DNA of 64,000 nucleotides from Callorhinchus milii (Eukaryota). The stretch covers positions 14,014,001-14,078,000 of the forward strand of contig NW_024704743.1 of NCBI RefSeq assembly GCF_018977255.1. The letters are read 5' to 3'. The notes beneath the pieces were generated by a model. That model worked only from the letters and a program-made list of their open reading frames with translations. It had not been told where the DNA came from and made no database searches. Positions 52,047-64,000 of the stretch are shown here, piece after piece. A program made the position numbers and the translations under genes. Every line of letters starts with the position of its first letter. Position 1 is the first letter of the stretch.

Positions 52047-52094
52047 CCTTATTCACTGTATAGTGATCCGATAGCAACAACAAAAAGCTATAGG
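52047..52094 (+). CDS. LRRFIP2: LRRFIP2 exon 10 copy b (48 nt): PYSLYSDPIATTKSYR
   Basis: Tandem copy with intact ACAG| and AGG|GTTAGT; frame preserved. Confidence 0.82.
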
Positions 52095-52205
52095 GTTAGT
52101 ATAAATGCTTGACACGGGTCTCATTCTATTGGACTAAATTGTTTGCTTATTTTACGATTAATTAAAAAACTATTCATTTAAGTTTTTGTTTTATTTTCAA
52201 CACAG

Positions 52206-52253
52206 CCTTCTTCACTATATAGTGATCCAATAGGAACAACAAAGAGCTATAGG
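52206..52253 (+). CDS. LRRFIP2: LRRFIP2 exon 10 copy c (48 nt): PSSLYSDPIGTTKSYR
   Basis: Tandem copy with intact splice sites; frame preserved. Confidence 0.82.
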
Positions 52254-52366
52254 GTTAGTATCACTTGCTTTACACAGGTTCTCGTTCTGTTGGACTAAAT
52301 TGCTTGCCTGATTTACCATTAATTACAAAAAATGTTCATTCAAGTTTTTTTGTATATTCAACACAG

Positions 52367-52411
52367 CCTTCTTCACTATACAGTGATCCAGTAGCAACAA
52401 CAAGTTATAGG
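52367..52411 (+). CDS. LRRFIP2: LRRFIP2 exon 10 copy d (45 nt): PSSLYSDPVATTSYR
   Basis: Tandem copy with an in-frame one-codon deletion and intact splice sites. Confidence 0.82.
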
Positions 52412-52509
52412 GTTAGTATAATTTCCTTGGACAGAACTTATTGTCCTATATACGTTGCTACAGTACCTGTGACTTTTAATGGGAATAAATTCATCCTTTT
52501 TTTCCCTAG

Positions 52510-52554
52510 GCATCTTCTAATTTGGGCACTGGCCTATATCGAAGTCAGAGTTTG
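52510..52554 (+). CDS. LRRFIP2: LRRFIP2 exon 11 (45 nt): ASSNLGTGLYRSQSL
   Basis: Aligns to recalled human ASPTANSGLLRSASL; acceptor tttttttccctag; donor TTG|GTTGGT. Confidence 0.88.
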
Positions 52555-53779
52555 GTTGGTATATTGCAATTGCATGGGCTGTGGTGGTATTTTGCAAGGC
52601 TCTGTAGGGGATAAGAGCAACAATAACTTTTGTGCAACTTAATTTCTTTAAAAAATCTTGTAACTTCCCCAAGCTTTCAATAACATTTTACAGTGTCTAC
52701 CAATGCAGAGTCCAATTTAAATGGTTTCATGTTAGATCACTTTAAGCCAATGATCTAATTCTAAATTTGAAAGCTGTTGTTTGTAGTGCTGCATTCGTAC
52801 TTTATCGTGCATTGTGGAACAAAGGACTGTTGAAAGGCAAACTTCAAGTGATTGACTCAAAGATGAGTAGTGTTGCAGTGAAAAGGCATTTGAGTAAACC
52901 TTAAACTTTAGGGTAATTCAAAGAATACTCTTATACATTAAATCCTATAAAAGACTGAGAAAATTGAACAACGGCTAAGAAATTCAAATAAAAAGTTAAC
53001 TTGTAATATTGCCAGAAACGTTCTGCAGCATCTGGAAGACGGTCACAAAAGCACTTGCACTAGGCCTCTTAGAATTCCCTGTTTCCCTTTACATTTTCTA
53101 TATTGCCTTCTAATTGTGCTGCTTCTTAACAGGATCCATTAATATAGATAATGAGTTTTAAATAGGGATTCCTGGAAATACATTCAGGCTGCCTTGCAGG
53201 AATCCTGCAATCTACTTCAGTGAGGGTTGGAGTGGGGTTCCCGCAGAACATGGTTCCATTTATAAAGAAGATGCTCTATGTGACAGCCTGTGCCTTCTGC
53301 GTATCCTCTGTTTCAGCATTGTTGGTCATCTATTCAGCAACTACACCTGGAAACTTCAAAACACTCTACCTCAATCCCTCTGCCTTGCTCCCTCCTTGCT
53401 CATCTTCAGATTGTACCTGAAGACCTTCTTCCGACTATACCTATGGTCACCTCCCCTCTCTCCCCGGCTTGGAGTCGAGCGAGCTCTGCCAGTGTTGAAT
53501 GCTCTGAGATGCTACTCCGCATTAAGGCCATGATATAAATGCAAGTTGTTGTTTATCAACAAGTCTCACTGAACGAACACCTCAAATTAAACTGCATTGT
53601 TGAGAAGGCAATGTCCTTGTATTGCTATACTCACTGTGCTAATTTTAAACTGCACATGATAGGATTCATGGAGCAAACAGTTTATCAAGTGTCTACCAAT
53701 TCCCAGTTGGTAGTGAAGTGTTCGAGAAATGCCTGAGAGCAAACGTCATTAACACTGCTCTAATAGCATATTTGCTTTT

Positions 53780-54101
53780 AATAATAATAATAATCCTTGC
53801 ATTTGATATAGCGCTTTTCACGTCGGGAGGACGTCCCAAAGCGCTTCACAGAATATACTGTAAAGTGAATTGACTGTATATTTGTGGCGAACGCGGCAGC
53901 CAATGCGCACAGCAATGTCCCACAAACAGTCGTAGATTGAAAATGACCAATTTATTATTGTTTTTGGTTTTGGAGGGATTATTATTAGACTTGTGGAGTA
54001 AGGAAACTTGCCCAAAGTTTCGCCCTCTGCCTGGAATTGAACTCAGGTCTCTCGCTTGCAAAGCGAGTGCTCTAACCACTGAGCTACAGGACTCCACAAA
54101 G
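53780..54101 (-). mobile_element. Full-length young tRNA-derived SINE
   Basis: Highly similar to 1799-2120; TTTAA on both flanks. Confidence 0.9.
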
Positions 54102-55712
54102 GCTTTAAGGCTGAACAAGACAGTTGTGTTGTAAATTGGATAATATTTTGTGACAATGTTTTTTTCTTACCATTTCTTAGCATTTCAGAGTGTCCCGAGT
54201 TTGACAAATTCTTAAGTTGAGTTTTATATTCGAAGCTTTATTTTTTGTTCTTTTAAGAACTAGAGAAAATGCAAGGCTTATTATTGTAGAAAATCTGGCT
54301 TCAAAGTTGAGACTGAATTCAACAATTTGTGAAATGCTATACAAATAAGAGTAATCTAGACCCAGGTGGACTTTCTCCCCTTGCATTTCATTTGAATGAA
54401 ATATACACACTCCAGTCAAATGGAGGAACACTATTTGAGATACCATCTCCTTGAGAGTTAAGTACCATATCGTAGCCTCTGAGGTCAGGTATTCTTCCCC
54501 ACCTTCGCTATCTTTTTGTAACTTTCAACTAGTATACAGCCGCTCTCTCTTCCAAAATCCCTCCCACCTCTTGCCTCTCCTAGATCTTGCTACAAACCTA
54601 TCTCTTAGTTCATTACCTCATCACCTTTCTCCCTATCTTCTTCCACTTTGACCAGTGTCCCACACTATCTATGTAAAGTGTCCTGAGATGTTCACTGTGA
54701 AAAGCGTTCTATGCAGGTACAAGTTGTTATATTCTACCTCATTCCTTGAAAGTAGTTCAGCCACCACATGTGGACGTTTCTCCTCATTTCTCTTTCTGAA
54801 CTGGTGCATCTTGGAGCTTAATTTTTGTGTGTTCAGAGCATCTTCATGTTTCAATTCAATGTTCTACCTATCGTCAAGAACTGAGTTGTTTCAACGTGAC
54901 GCTGTTTATATCAAGGATCGGAGCAAGAGATGTTGCTTTGTGGTACCAAATGGTCAAAGGCGCAATTGTCCCAAGCATTTTTTGCATTTCTCATGCTCCA
55001 TTTAATGACTGAGTATTTCTTCATATTGTGTGTGTATATATAGAAGATGAAAGAATCAGATGCCTCGGTTCGGTAATCTAAATAGCTTCAGTTGAAGCAA
55101 CAATTGCAAAAACACTGGAGTTTAGGGATTATGTCAGAATTGCCACCATAGGCCTCCCTTATCTGAAAATTTCTAATAATCAGGGTTTCCAGTCTGCCTG
55201 ACAAAATGCTGCTTCTTTAACGTTTCTGCCTTATAATTCTCCTGTAGATTGCAAAACGTTTGGTGGAACAGTGCTATTTTCATATCACCTTCAGCACGCC
55301 TTTGTCCAACATTTGCAAGGTGTTTTTACTGACTAACTCAAAGTGGCTTGTTTCTTGTCTGGCTCATTTTGTAAAAAAATTAAACCTGAATTTTATGGGC
55401 AATTCATTCTCTTCCTAAAAACAATATTAGTTTTAATTAATACAGCTGTGTGCATAAGTACTTTATCCCAAAACATTGCACATCATGAGATATACTGATA
55501 TTATCCAAATACAGCGATTTGAATTAAAAATTGCTGCATTGTTTGAGGAAATGAATAATCAGTTAAAAGCTTGTATTTTACTTGTGCAAACTTTTTACAT
55601 AGAGAAAGTTTAATTATAGGGGTAATGCTATTAACCTGAAGGTGGAATGACTGACAGAATTCAGATAGTTCATATGACAATTAAGCTTTTGGCCAAAAAT
55701 CTTTGTTCATAG

Positions 55713-55769
55713 GCATCGCTGCGTGACACGGGACTCTATCATCGAGACCCGAAATACAGTTCAAGAACT
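55713..55769 (+). CDS. LRRFIP2: LRRFIP2 exon 12 (57 nt): ASLRDTGLYHRDPKYSSRT
   Basis: Aligns to recalled human ASLYNGGLYNPYGPRT; donor ACT|GTAAGT. Confidence 0.88.
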
Positions 55770-55889
55770 GTAAGTTTTGTCTTTGGACCTTGTGTGCAAC
55801 GTGTTTTATCTAAAATGTTTCCTGTTTTTAGACCATGGTGGTGGTGGTGGTGTTTTTTTTTAAAAAAAACAACTTCACTTTTTCCACAG

Positions 55890-55943
55890 CCATCCGAGTA
55901 CAGCTATTCCTTCCGATCGAGCTCAGCAAGGAGCAGCCCACTG
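55890..55943 (+). CDS. LRRFIP2: LRRFIP2 exon 13 (54 nt): PSEYSYSFRSSSARSSPL
   Basis: Aligns to recalled human PSECSYYSSRISSARSSP; acceptor tttttccacag; donor CTG|GTGAGA. Confidence 0.92.
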
Positions 55944-57230
55944 GTGAGAGGGGATGATTACTGATGATATTCAGAATAACGTTAACAGTAAATGAATTTT
56001 GTGTGGCTGTACTTAATGCAGTGCAACAAATAGTGAGTAAGTAAAGTAAATCGCAGGTTGATAGGACGAAAATGTATTTGGTGGTAACAAACATCCTTAT
56101 GTTAGTTGAAAGAATGCACTGTGCACTATTGCTTTGCTTTGATATGAAGATCTGGGCGTTGACACTGGCATAGCAGCAACCTAAACTGCGTGTAAATTGT
56201 AGAACAGGAACAGCTCTGCTTGAGATATAGGACAGGTGTTCCTAACTGGTGCTAGCCATTCTTATATATCTCCCCTTCTTTCTGCAATGATCCTTGCCTT
56301 GGGTGCAGTGCAACAGAGTGGGAGTGACTTCCTGAAGGGGGAGACGGTGACATACACTCACGTGGTTCACCCACCCTTACTGGCTCCCGATTTGATGAGT
56401 AGACTCATAGGTGAGATTGGTGACCACAGAATCGTACCCCAGCACAAATCCTCTTGAAGCAAGGAAGATAAATCATTGTGAATAAGAAGATATGCACCAA
56501 TAGAGTCTACAAGAGTTTTTCAAGGGCCTGTTTACATGGTATATTAAATCTGGAATGAGTATGGGAAAGGTTTTAATGCTTTGCTGACTTACTGTATTGT
56601 ATCATCACTGATTTGTGCATATACTGACACAAATAGGATTGGTAGAAACCAGGATTAGGAGCACACCTGTTGCCAATGAAAGTTCCATTCCGTTTGTTAA
56701 ATGTGAAATGCTCTCCTGCAGTTGAGATTGTTTTGTCTAATGGGATGTGGTTCTTTCCTGGTTCTTCTATTTGCCCCCAATAGATTGACTCGAGCTATAA
56801 TGTGAGGAGGCACATGTTCACACCGCTATTAACTTTACACGGTAGTTCCAAGTATGGTTGAGTTGGTTTCTTCTGTGTTGTGATCCTCCCCATAAGTGTT
56901 TTGTTTTTGGACACCTGGCTATCTGACACATGCAGAAACCCATCAACATGCTTAAGAGTATCCAAACAAACAGAGTTCTGTATGTAAGGTCAGGATTGAC
57001 TTACTTCTGGTTATTGCCATGACTGGCTCTGAAAAATCCCGTTAGAAACTACACTTCAGGCATTGTTGAGTTTGGTACTGTTTAGAAATCCGCTATGTGA
57101 TTGCTGCATTTCTGAAGAGAGTGACCAGCTCGGTTTACCGCTTACTACCCTGTGTCTGGAGCTGCTTCAGATAGCCATTGTGTGAGAAGGTTTTTGTCTG
57201 TCATAACTCGTGTACTTTAAACGTTTATAG

Positions 57231-57299
57231 AATTCAGATGATGAAACGCTGAGCACAGTGTCCCAGGATGGCCTCAGTCGTGGCCGCCGTGACAGCGTG
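57231..57299 (+). CDS. LRRFIP2: LRRFIP2 exon 14 (69 nt): NSDDETLSTVSQDGLSRGRRDSV
   Basis: Aligns to recalled human FTNDDTASIVSSDRASRGRRESV; donor GTG|GTAAGC. Confidence 0.92.
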
Positions 57300-58500
57300 G
57301 TAAGCTCTCTGTGCATGTCAGCATGTTTTGGATCTGAGCTGCTGCTAATAATGTTTTCCACTTCACGAGAGATTATTGTCGTGTGTAGAGGAAGCTGAGG
57401 TGGTGAAACTTGGCAAACGTCTTTTTAAAAGATTAAATTTCCATCCCAAATTGCCTGATTGAGGGGCAGTACCTCAGTGTTTTGCTAAGCAATTGCAAAA
57501 TATTGCCCTGCTTATTGTTTATTTGCTAATATTTGGGTGATTAAGACATCTATAGAGACTAAACAGAATTCACCAGCAGCCGATAGTGGCAAAAGAGGTG
57601 TACTGCACAGATCTTTTCCTTGCGCTAAATGCAATATATTGCAATTTGAGTGCCATGTGATCAGTCTCTGAGCTTAAAGTTTAAAAAATATTTTATACAG
57701 TTCTTTTCGTGTTCAGTGAGAGCTCCTTCAGGGCCCTTGCATTACAATGGTTGCTGAATCCATCGTCCACATAGCAGTGGATTAGTGGATGACATCCCTT
57801 TACTTACTTTTCAGTATTAAACCTATTGGTGCAAATCCAGGATGTAACCTCCAACCTGACTTCCAAGTGAGGCAGAGACTCCCTTGTAATTTACATATTT
57901 CAAATCTGAAATGTGAAGGAGTTGCACTGGAATTGCTTTATTAGTGCGTTGGAGGTTTCCTGGTTAACTCCTTCACATATGAAAGGAAGGTTCCTCTTTT
58001 CAGTTGATGTTGCAATTCTTATCATATCTGCAAAGTGTTATTATATCTGCAAAGTGTAAGGAGAAGCAGTAAATGCTTAACCCAATGACCAGGACAGGAT
58101 ATTGTAACAAGGTAGTGTGTGTAGGTCGGAAATGTCTCCAAGAAACAGTTGAGCTATTTGTCACTTTCAGAATTCAGTAACCTGATCAATTAGTGTCAAA
58201 GAGAGTTTCTGAGATCTAATGAGAACATAATCTCTCTGGCTTGAAGCCTCACTTTAGAGTCCTGCCCTTAATGTTAATATGTTTACTTTGTGTGTTTCAC
58301 TGGTCTGAACACAACTCACACAATCTTTAGATTTCCGTGACTCATTCTGTGAAGCTCTTTGAGATGTTTCTTTTACACGAAAGGCATTATATAAATGTAC
58401 GTTATTGTTGACTCTCCAGGAAACAAGCCAAATTTCCTCTTTGTACATTCTGTGTTCTCTTGCTTTTCTTCTTCACTAAACTTTTTGCTTTTCTCTGCAG

Positions 58501-58614
58501 TCTTCTGATTTTTCTGATCAGAGTGAGTCGATAGCTGACTACTTTAGCCGCTCAAACCGCAGGGGGAGTGTGGTATCTGATTTGGATGACTCTACTGTTC
58601 CTGACCTCTTTATT
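58501..58614 (+). CDS. LRRFIP2: LRRFIP2 exon 15 (114 nt): SSDFSDQSESIADYFSRSNRRGSVVSDLDDSTVPDLFI
   Basis: Conserved ADYFSRSNRRGSVVS block; long pyrimidine tract with CAG; donor ATT|GTGAGT. Confidence 0.93.
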
Positions 58615-58755
58615 GTGAGTGAGCAGTTGTGTGCAGCATGGTTTTGCAGTGAATGGTCGAGAAGTGAAGACTGTAATATTTCTGCAACTCATCTGTTAAT
58701 CGTGACTCATGACATTGATGTTGGAACAAACTGACTGAGTAAATGTATGTTTACA

Positions 58756-59129
58756 TGTGGCTTAGTGGTTAGAGCTCTCGCCTCGTAAATGAGAGGACCT
58801 GCGTTCGTTTTCCGGCAGGGCGAAACTTTGGGCAAGTTTCCTTACACCTCACACCTCTGTTTACCTAGCAGTAAGTAGGAACCCGGTTGTTAGTCAATTG
58901 GGGGTTAGCTTTTCCAGGGGTAATAATTACTTCAAAAGTAAATATTTACATATATAAATAATTTGGTCAATCAATCCACAACTGTTTGTGGGACACTGCT
59001 GTGTGCAATTGGCTGCTGCGTTTCGCCCACAAAAATACAGTCAATTCACTTTACAGTATATTCAGTGAAGCACTTTAAGACGTCTCAAAGAAGTGATGAG
59101 GCGCTATATCAAATGCAGTGATTATTATT
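58756..59129 (+). mobile_element. tRNA-derived SINE, longer subfamily
   Basis: A/B-box head, subfamily block and tail. Confidence 0.85.
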
Positions 59130-62100
59130 GTTTAGTGTGAGACCCCTTTACTTGCTAATTTCTGTAATGGTGTGAAAGACATCTCTGTGTATGCACGTTT
59201 CTGAGTTCTGTAACAGCTGTAAAAGTATGTTGAAGGGTCGTTATGTGCTCTGTTTTAAGACTCAAGCCTGTGACTGAACAGTTAAGATGTTGGCCTAATA
59301 TCTCTGGTTTTGGGGCAAGTCTTGTAGCTTTTAAAATGTCTGATTTTATGTGCTCAGCCACTCTTATGGTTGATCATATTCTCCATTGCAGATGGGGAAG
59401 GGAGGGGCAGACAGAAAGAGAGAGAACAAGAGAGGAGTGACAAACTAACACATGTTTGTTGTGGTGTTAGTAGTCACATGGTTTGATTTATAGCTAATGA
59501 TCTAGAGCCAGAAATGAGACCTGTTGGTGCACACATCAACCTAGGGGCATCTGTCCTCGGGCTTATTTTAGATTCGCTTCTAGCATCCAATCATTCAAGC
59601 CTTTTTTTTCCAGCACAAATCTGGTTATGTTGTTCAACATAACACTGTTATGTTGAAGATTTTTAAGTTTTCTCCCCTGAACTCACAAGAAGGCTCCTTT
59701 TTGCTGGGAGAAAATTCCATGGGTGAACTTGGACGTTTTCGTCATGCGTGAGTTTTGACTTTCAGTATTGGCATCTACACGACTGTGGAGGACATCGCAT
59801 GCGAGGCTAATCCTGTCTTTATACAATGTCCCACTTGACTAACTTCAACAGACATCTCTGGATAGAGATCGGAAGTGAACTCTGTCTGATTTTTGCCCTC
59901 CCTGGACAAGGGACTTGAGGGCAATCACAGCATCCGTACTGTTTTGAGCAACTAACTCAATGCAGATTGGGATTCTAATCTGTAATGGACTGGTGTGCGC
60001 CCAGATGGTGCATTTACCTACAAGGACATGTAAAGAATCTGAATGGGTATTCGGTGCGATTGCCAGCTCTTGATGACTGCTTGGCATTTAGAATTAGGAA
60101 CTAAAAGCTTGTATAGTTTAGAGCTCTTGGACTGATTTCTTAGTACAATAATTCTTTTAAACATTATTACAGTTCGTCAGTTGTTGTACTCCCTTGAAAT
60201 GTGATTTGACAAAAAACTAAAATGGATCAACTTTTTGAGGAATAAAGAGACTAATGCTCCCAAATGATGATCCAATATGTATTGCAAGCATAAAGGGACC
60301 TTTTTAATGGTTGATGTAGATTTGTCATTCACATTCTGTGGTAGCAGTATTCTCTCAACGCTAGCTCCAATAAGCAGAAGTAATTGAGAGCTGTGTGCAT
60401 TTATGTACAGTTGCTTAAGAGGCACCATTTACTCGCTTATTCTGATATTTTGTTTAAACAGAAACAATTGTTTATACTGGTTCATGACTTGTCCAATAAT
60501 TTTAGAAGTAATGGGGGGGGTGGGGATGGGGAAGATGAGTTGGTTGGGTGGGTGGGGGATGAATGCTGAGTAGCTCTCGTGAATTTAATAGTATTGCCTT
60601 GTCAAGCTGGAAAATTGTGAATAGAGAGAGAGAGAAATATCTTGTTGGACATGGCAAGTATTAATCAGTGTCCAACATGCTTATGATAAACTGACCGTGG
60701 AAGAATGGCTCGAGAGGAAAACCATGATTACTCATTCATGTACCTTTTGAATTCATCGTGGTGGAGGAGGATAGAAGTCACTGTTGAAATTTGGGAAGAA
60801 TTCCAAATGGGTCTAGGTTTACTCTTTTTATGTAGCATTTTAGAGTGACCAGAAAATTAGCAAATTGTTTAATACGGTCTTCATTTTGAAGCAGTTTTTT
60901 TGTAAGATATTTTAAGAAATCCAGAAGAACAACTTCAAAGTTAAGGAAGAATTCAATCATTTTCCAAATTCTTGGGTCTTAAATGCTATAGAAATTGAGC
61001 CCCAGGTGGAATTCTACTCCCTCCCCATCCTTGTCCTTTTTAAGTTTTGCGTGGATTTCCTCCGCTGAGCTGTGTCACTTCCATCATCAGCAGTAATTTT
61101 TGGGCTCGGTTGTTGGCCAGTGCTTCAGAGAGCCTGTGCTCCATCGTAAGGTTGCTTCCTGTTATAGCTTTGCATTGTAGACTGCTTTTGGCTATATGTA
61201 TCCCAGATGGAACTTTTTTTCCAGGCATATCCCTGGAATGTGGCAAGTAAAATAAACAGTATAATGATGGTACAGCTGCTTCCTGACCCCCTGGGTTACA
61301 TTCTGAGTGCAGAGATGGAGGTTTTGGTGTCTCCTGAAAGGCTGGAGAGTGTCAGCAGATGAGTGTATCAAGTGGGTGGATAATATCTGTAGTGGATGCA
61401 GCCCAGCCTTGTTTTGTGCTCAGCTGATGATCACATATGCACAACAGCAAGCTGTCATGATCCAGATTGAAATCCCTTCCAATTGGGGAGACTTTCTTTC
61501 CTGGTGCGCTGAAGCCAGTTGCAACACTTCAGTTGCCTTCCTGACTCAGATTAGATAACTCAACACAGACGAGGGACAAAACCCAAGAACTTCCTAGTCT
61601 GTGTGGCTAATAGCCACACCACATGATGCATTTGTCACTGAGTTATTGGTGAACTTCCATCTTTTTCTGTTTGAATTTACTTCCTGTTGATCATGTTTCT
61701 CTCCAACATACTTTTCTATCTTCTGTTCCTTTTCATCCTTTTTCTTTTTATTCTTTTTCCCATTTCCTTTTGTTCTCTCTTCACCCCTCTTCTAACTGTT
61801 CTAACTTATTTTTCTCTCCTAGTGTGGCTAATCATCCACAGACACAGAACTCCCCGTGTACCCTGCCTGTTATTCCTGTGGCAGCCCTGACAGTAAATGA
61901 ACCTGATCATGTCCTCGCCCTGTGCCCATCAGGGTCCATAGATAAAGTTCAGAAGCAGGAACGCTGATTCATTTCTTTCTCTTTCTCTCTTCTTCCCTCT
62001 CCCTCCCCCCACCTGCTCTCCCTAAATTGGAGGTACCGGGCCAATTGTAGCATCCAACTGCTGCCCTGACTAAGACAAATGATTCTGACAATAACAAATT

Positions 62101-62838
62101 ACATTTCACTTTGGGAGGATGTCCAAGTCTATTTGGGACGCCCTCCCGACGTGAAAGGCGCTGTGCAGAGTCCATCTCTACACTCAGAATGTTGTTGTTT
62201 ATTTGCCTCAACTACTCACTGGGATAACTTTGCTATGTCACCAGGGCAATTTCCATGGCATATTTTTAATGCTCTTATATCATTTCCTCTATTTAAAAAA
62301 AACTACGAATACATTTATTTGACTCTCGCCTTGTGCACNTTTTTTTTGCAGCTTTTATTTCTTGCGCATGCTCTCCCTCTCTCTCCTTGGAAGCCAAAGC
62401 AGTGCAGATATACGCTGATCAGTAGTCATGGTGCTGAAGTGGCTTCATTGCTTCAGGGATCAAAGGCGGTGTGGAAATTTAAATTTAGTGACAGGTGACC
62501 TACTTCAGAAGTGCTGGCATCATTGTCCCTGCCGGAGTACAGTGCATTTCCTCTGAATTGTTTTGGGTTTAATGGGTCGGCAGAGTCTACTGTTCCAGCT
62601 GATCTAGGTTCTCCTGCATGAGGTGGAAGGGCTGCTGTGCTGTTCAGAAATCGAATGAGGAATAAATGAGAATTAAAGCATTCAGTTAAAATAATAGGAG
62701 GCAGTGGAGAAAGAACTAAAACAAGCGGAGGATAGGAAGTGTTATACTGTAACATCCTAGAGAATGTGAATTGAGGCTGCGAATGTACGAATACAGAAGA
62801 GAGCAAGTAAGTGTCGGTCTGTGTATTTATATCATATC

Positions 62839-63470
62839 ATGGAGTACAGTAGCTTAGTGATTAGAGCTCTCGTCTCACAAGCAAGAGGACCTAAGTTCGA
62901 TTCCTGGCAAGGTGAAACGTTGGGCAAGTTTCCTTACTCTACTCGCCTCTGTTTACCTAGCAGTAAGTAGGAACCTGTTTGTTAGTCGATTGGAGGATCA
63001 CTTTTCCAGGGGTAATAATTCCTTCAAAATAAATAAAATAATTTGGCCACTCAATCCTCGACTGCTGCCACATTTCACCTACAAAATATAGTCAATTCAC
63101 TTTACAGTATATTTTACACTTTACTGTGAAGCGGTTCGAGATTTGATAAGGTGCTATATCAAGTGCAAGGATTATTATTTCTTTTAAACTATCAGTGTGG
63201 CTCAGTTGGTGGTACTTTTGCCTCTGGGGCAGAAGGCTGTGGCTTCAAGCTCCTCGTCGGGACTTGTTCTCATAATACTGGGGGAGGGCTGCGTTATGTT
63301 TGCGATGAAATGTTAAACTGTCTGTTCAGGTGAACGATAAAGATCCCACACCACTATTTGAAAAGAACAGGAGTTTTCTCATCATGCCTTGGTCAACAAT
63401 CTCCCTGATTATTTGGTCATTCACCTCATGGCTGATAAATGCAATTTATTCCTGTTTATAGTTGTTGTCA
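62839..63470 (+). mobile_element. Longer-subfamily SINE followed by a Deu-SINE (from about 63193)
   Basis: Two consecutive tRNA-like heads with their respective bodies. Confidence 0.75.
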
Positions 63471-63509
63471 AAAGTAAGCACAGTACATTGTCTGTTACAA
63501 CAACTATAA

Positions 63510-64000
63510 CAGCAATAAATTATATTTATAGAGCGCCTTTCACATCGGGAGGACGTCCCAAAGCGCTAAACAGTCAGGTGTTGGGGCCCGAGCATGGGGG
63601 AGGGGTGGTGTAGGGGTGAGGGAAGGCGGAGAGGTAGGAGGGTGACTAAAGGCACGATCGAAGAGAAGGGTCTTGAGACCAGCCTTGAAGGAGGCAAGGG
63701 AGGAAGCGAGGCGATGGGACCGTGGGATGGCGTTCCAGCGTGTGGGAGCAGAGAGGCTGAAAGCCCGGCCACCAATGGTCGGGTGGGAGACATGGAACAA
63801 GCCGGAGCCTGCTGAACGGAGGGAGCGGGCAGGTTGGTAGGGAGTCAGCAGGTCAGAGAGGTAGGAGGGGGCAACGCCTTGAAAGTGAGGACGAGGATCT
63901 TGAACTCGATCCTCTGGGGGATGGGGAGCCAGTGGAGTCGGGCGAGGGTGGGAGTGATGGGGTCACGGAGCCTTGTGCGCAAGAGTACACGAGCTGCAGA
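63510..64000 (-). mobile_element. L2 LINE 3' end, running off the window
   Basis: Highly similar to the 3' part of 34057-34879; PTIGGRAFSLSAP motif and tail. Confidence 0.9.

Noticed and set aside
51891..52411. Regularly spaced repeats superficially like a CRISPR array
   Set aside because: Eukaryotic locus; the spacers are homologous to each other and are GT-AG introns; the repeats are exons.
58615..64000. Next LRRFIP2 exon (LDEKSDKQY-like)
   Set aside because: No matching peptide found; acceptor-like tracts near 61820 and 62350 lead to a stop or to unrelated sequence, so the exon is presumably beyond the window.

Overview
Vertebrate genomic DNA, most likely a cartilaginous fish (inferred from the repeats: Deu-domain SINEs, L2/CR1 LINEs, a Penelope-type repeat). 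The window holds the 5' part of one + strand gene, LRRFIP2: a CpG-island promoter at about 2.3-3.6 kb, the ATG exon at 4991, and a run of small, mostly phase-0 exons up to 58614. The coiled-coil exons lie beyond the window. None of the long ORFs in the supplied track is a real gene. The main discovery is a tandem quadruplication of one 48-nt LRRFIP2 exon (51891-52411); all four copies keep their splice sites and reading frame. Other points: an anomalous exon 5/6 junction, a candidate 18-nt poison microexon, clustered RBFOX motifs, a decayed ZNF628-like zinc-finger fragment, a relic hammerhead ribozyme, two local inverted duplications, a candidate divergent spliced transcript and nested SINE/LINE insertions. 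Family and gene assignments rest on recalled sequences, not database searches. Exon numbers are my own and repeat boundaries are approximate.
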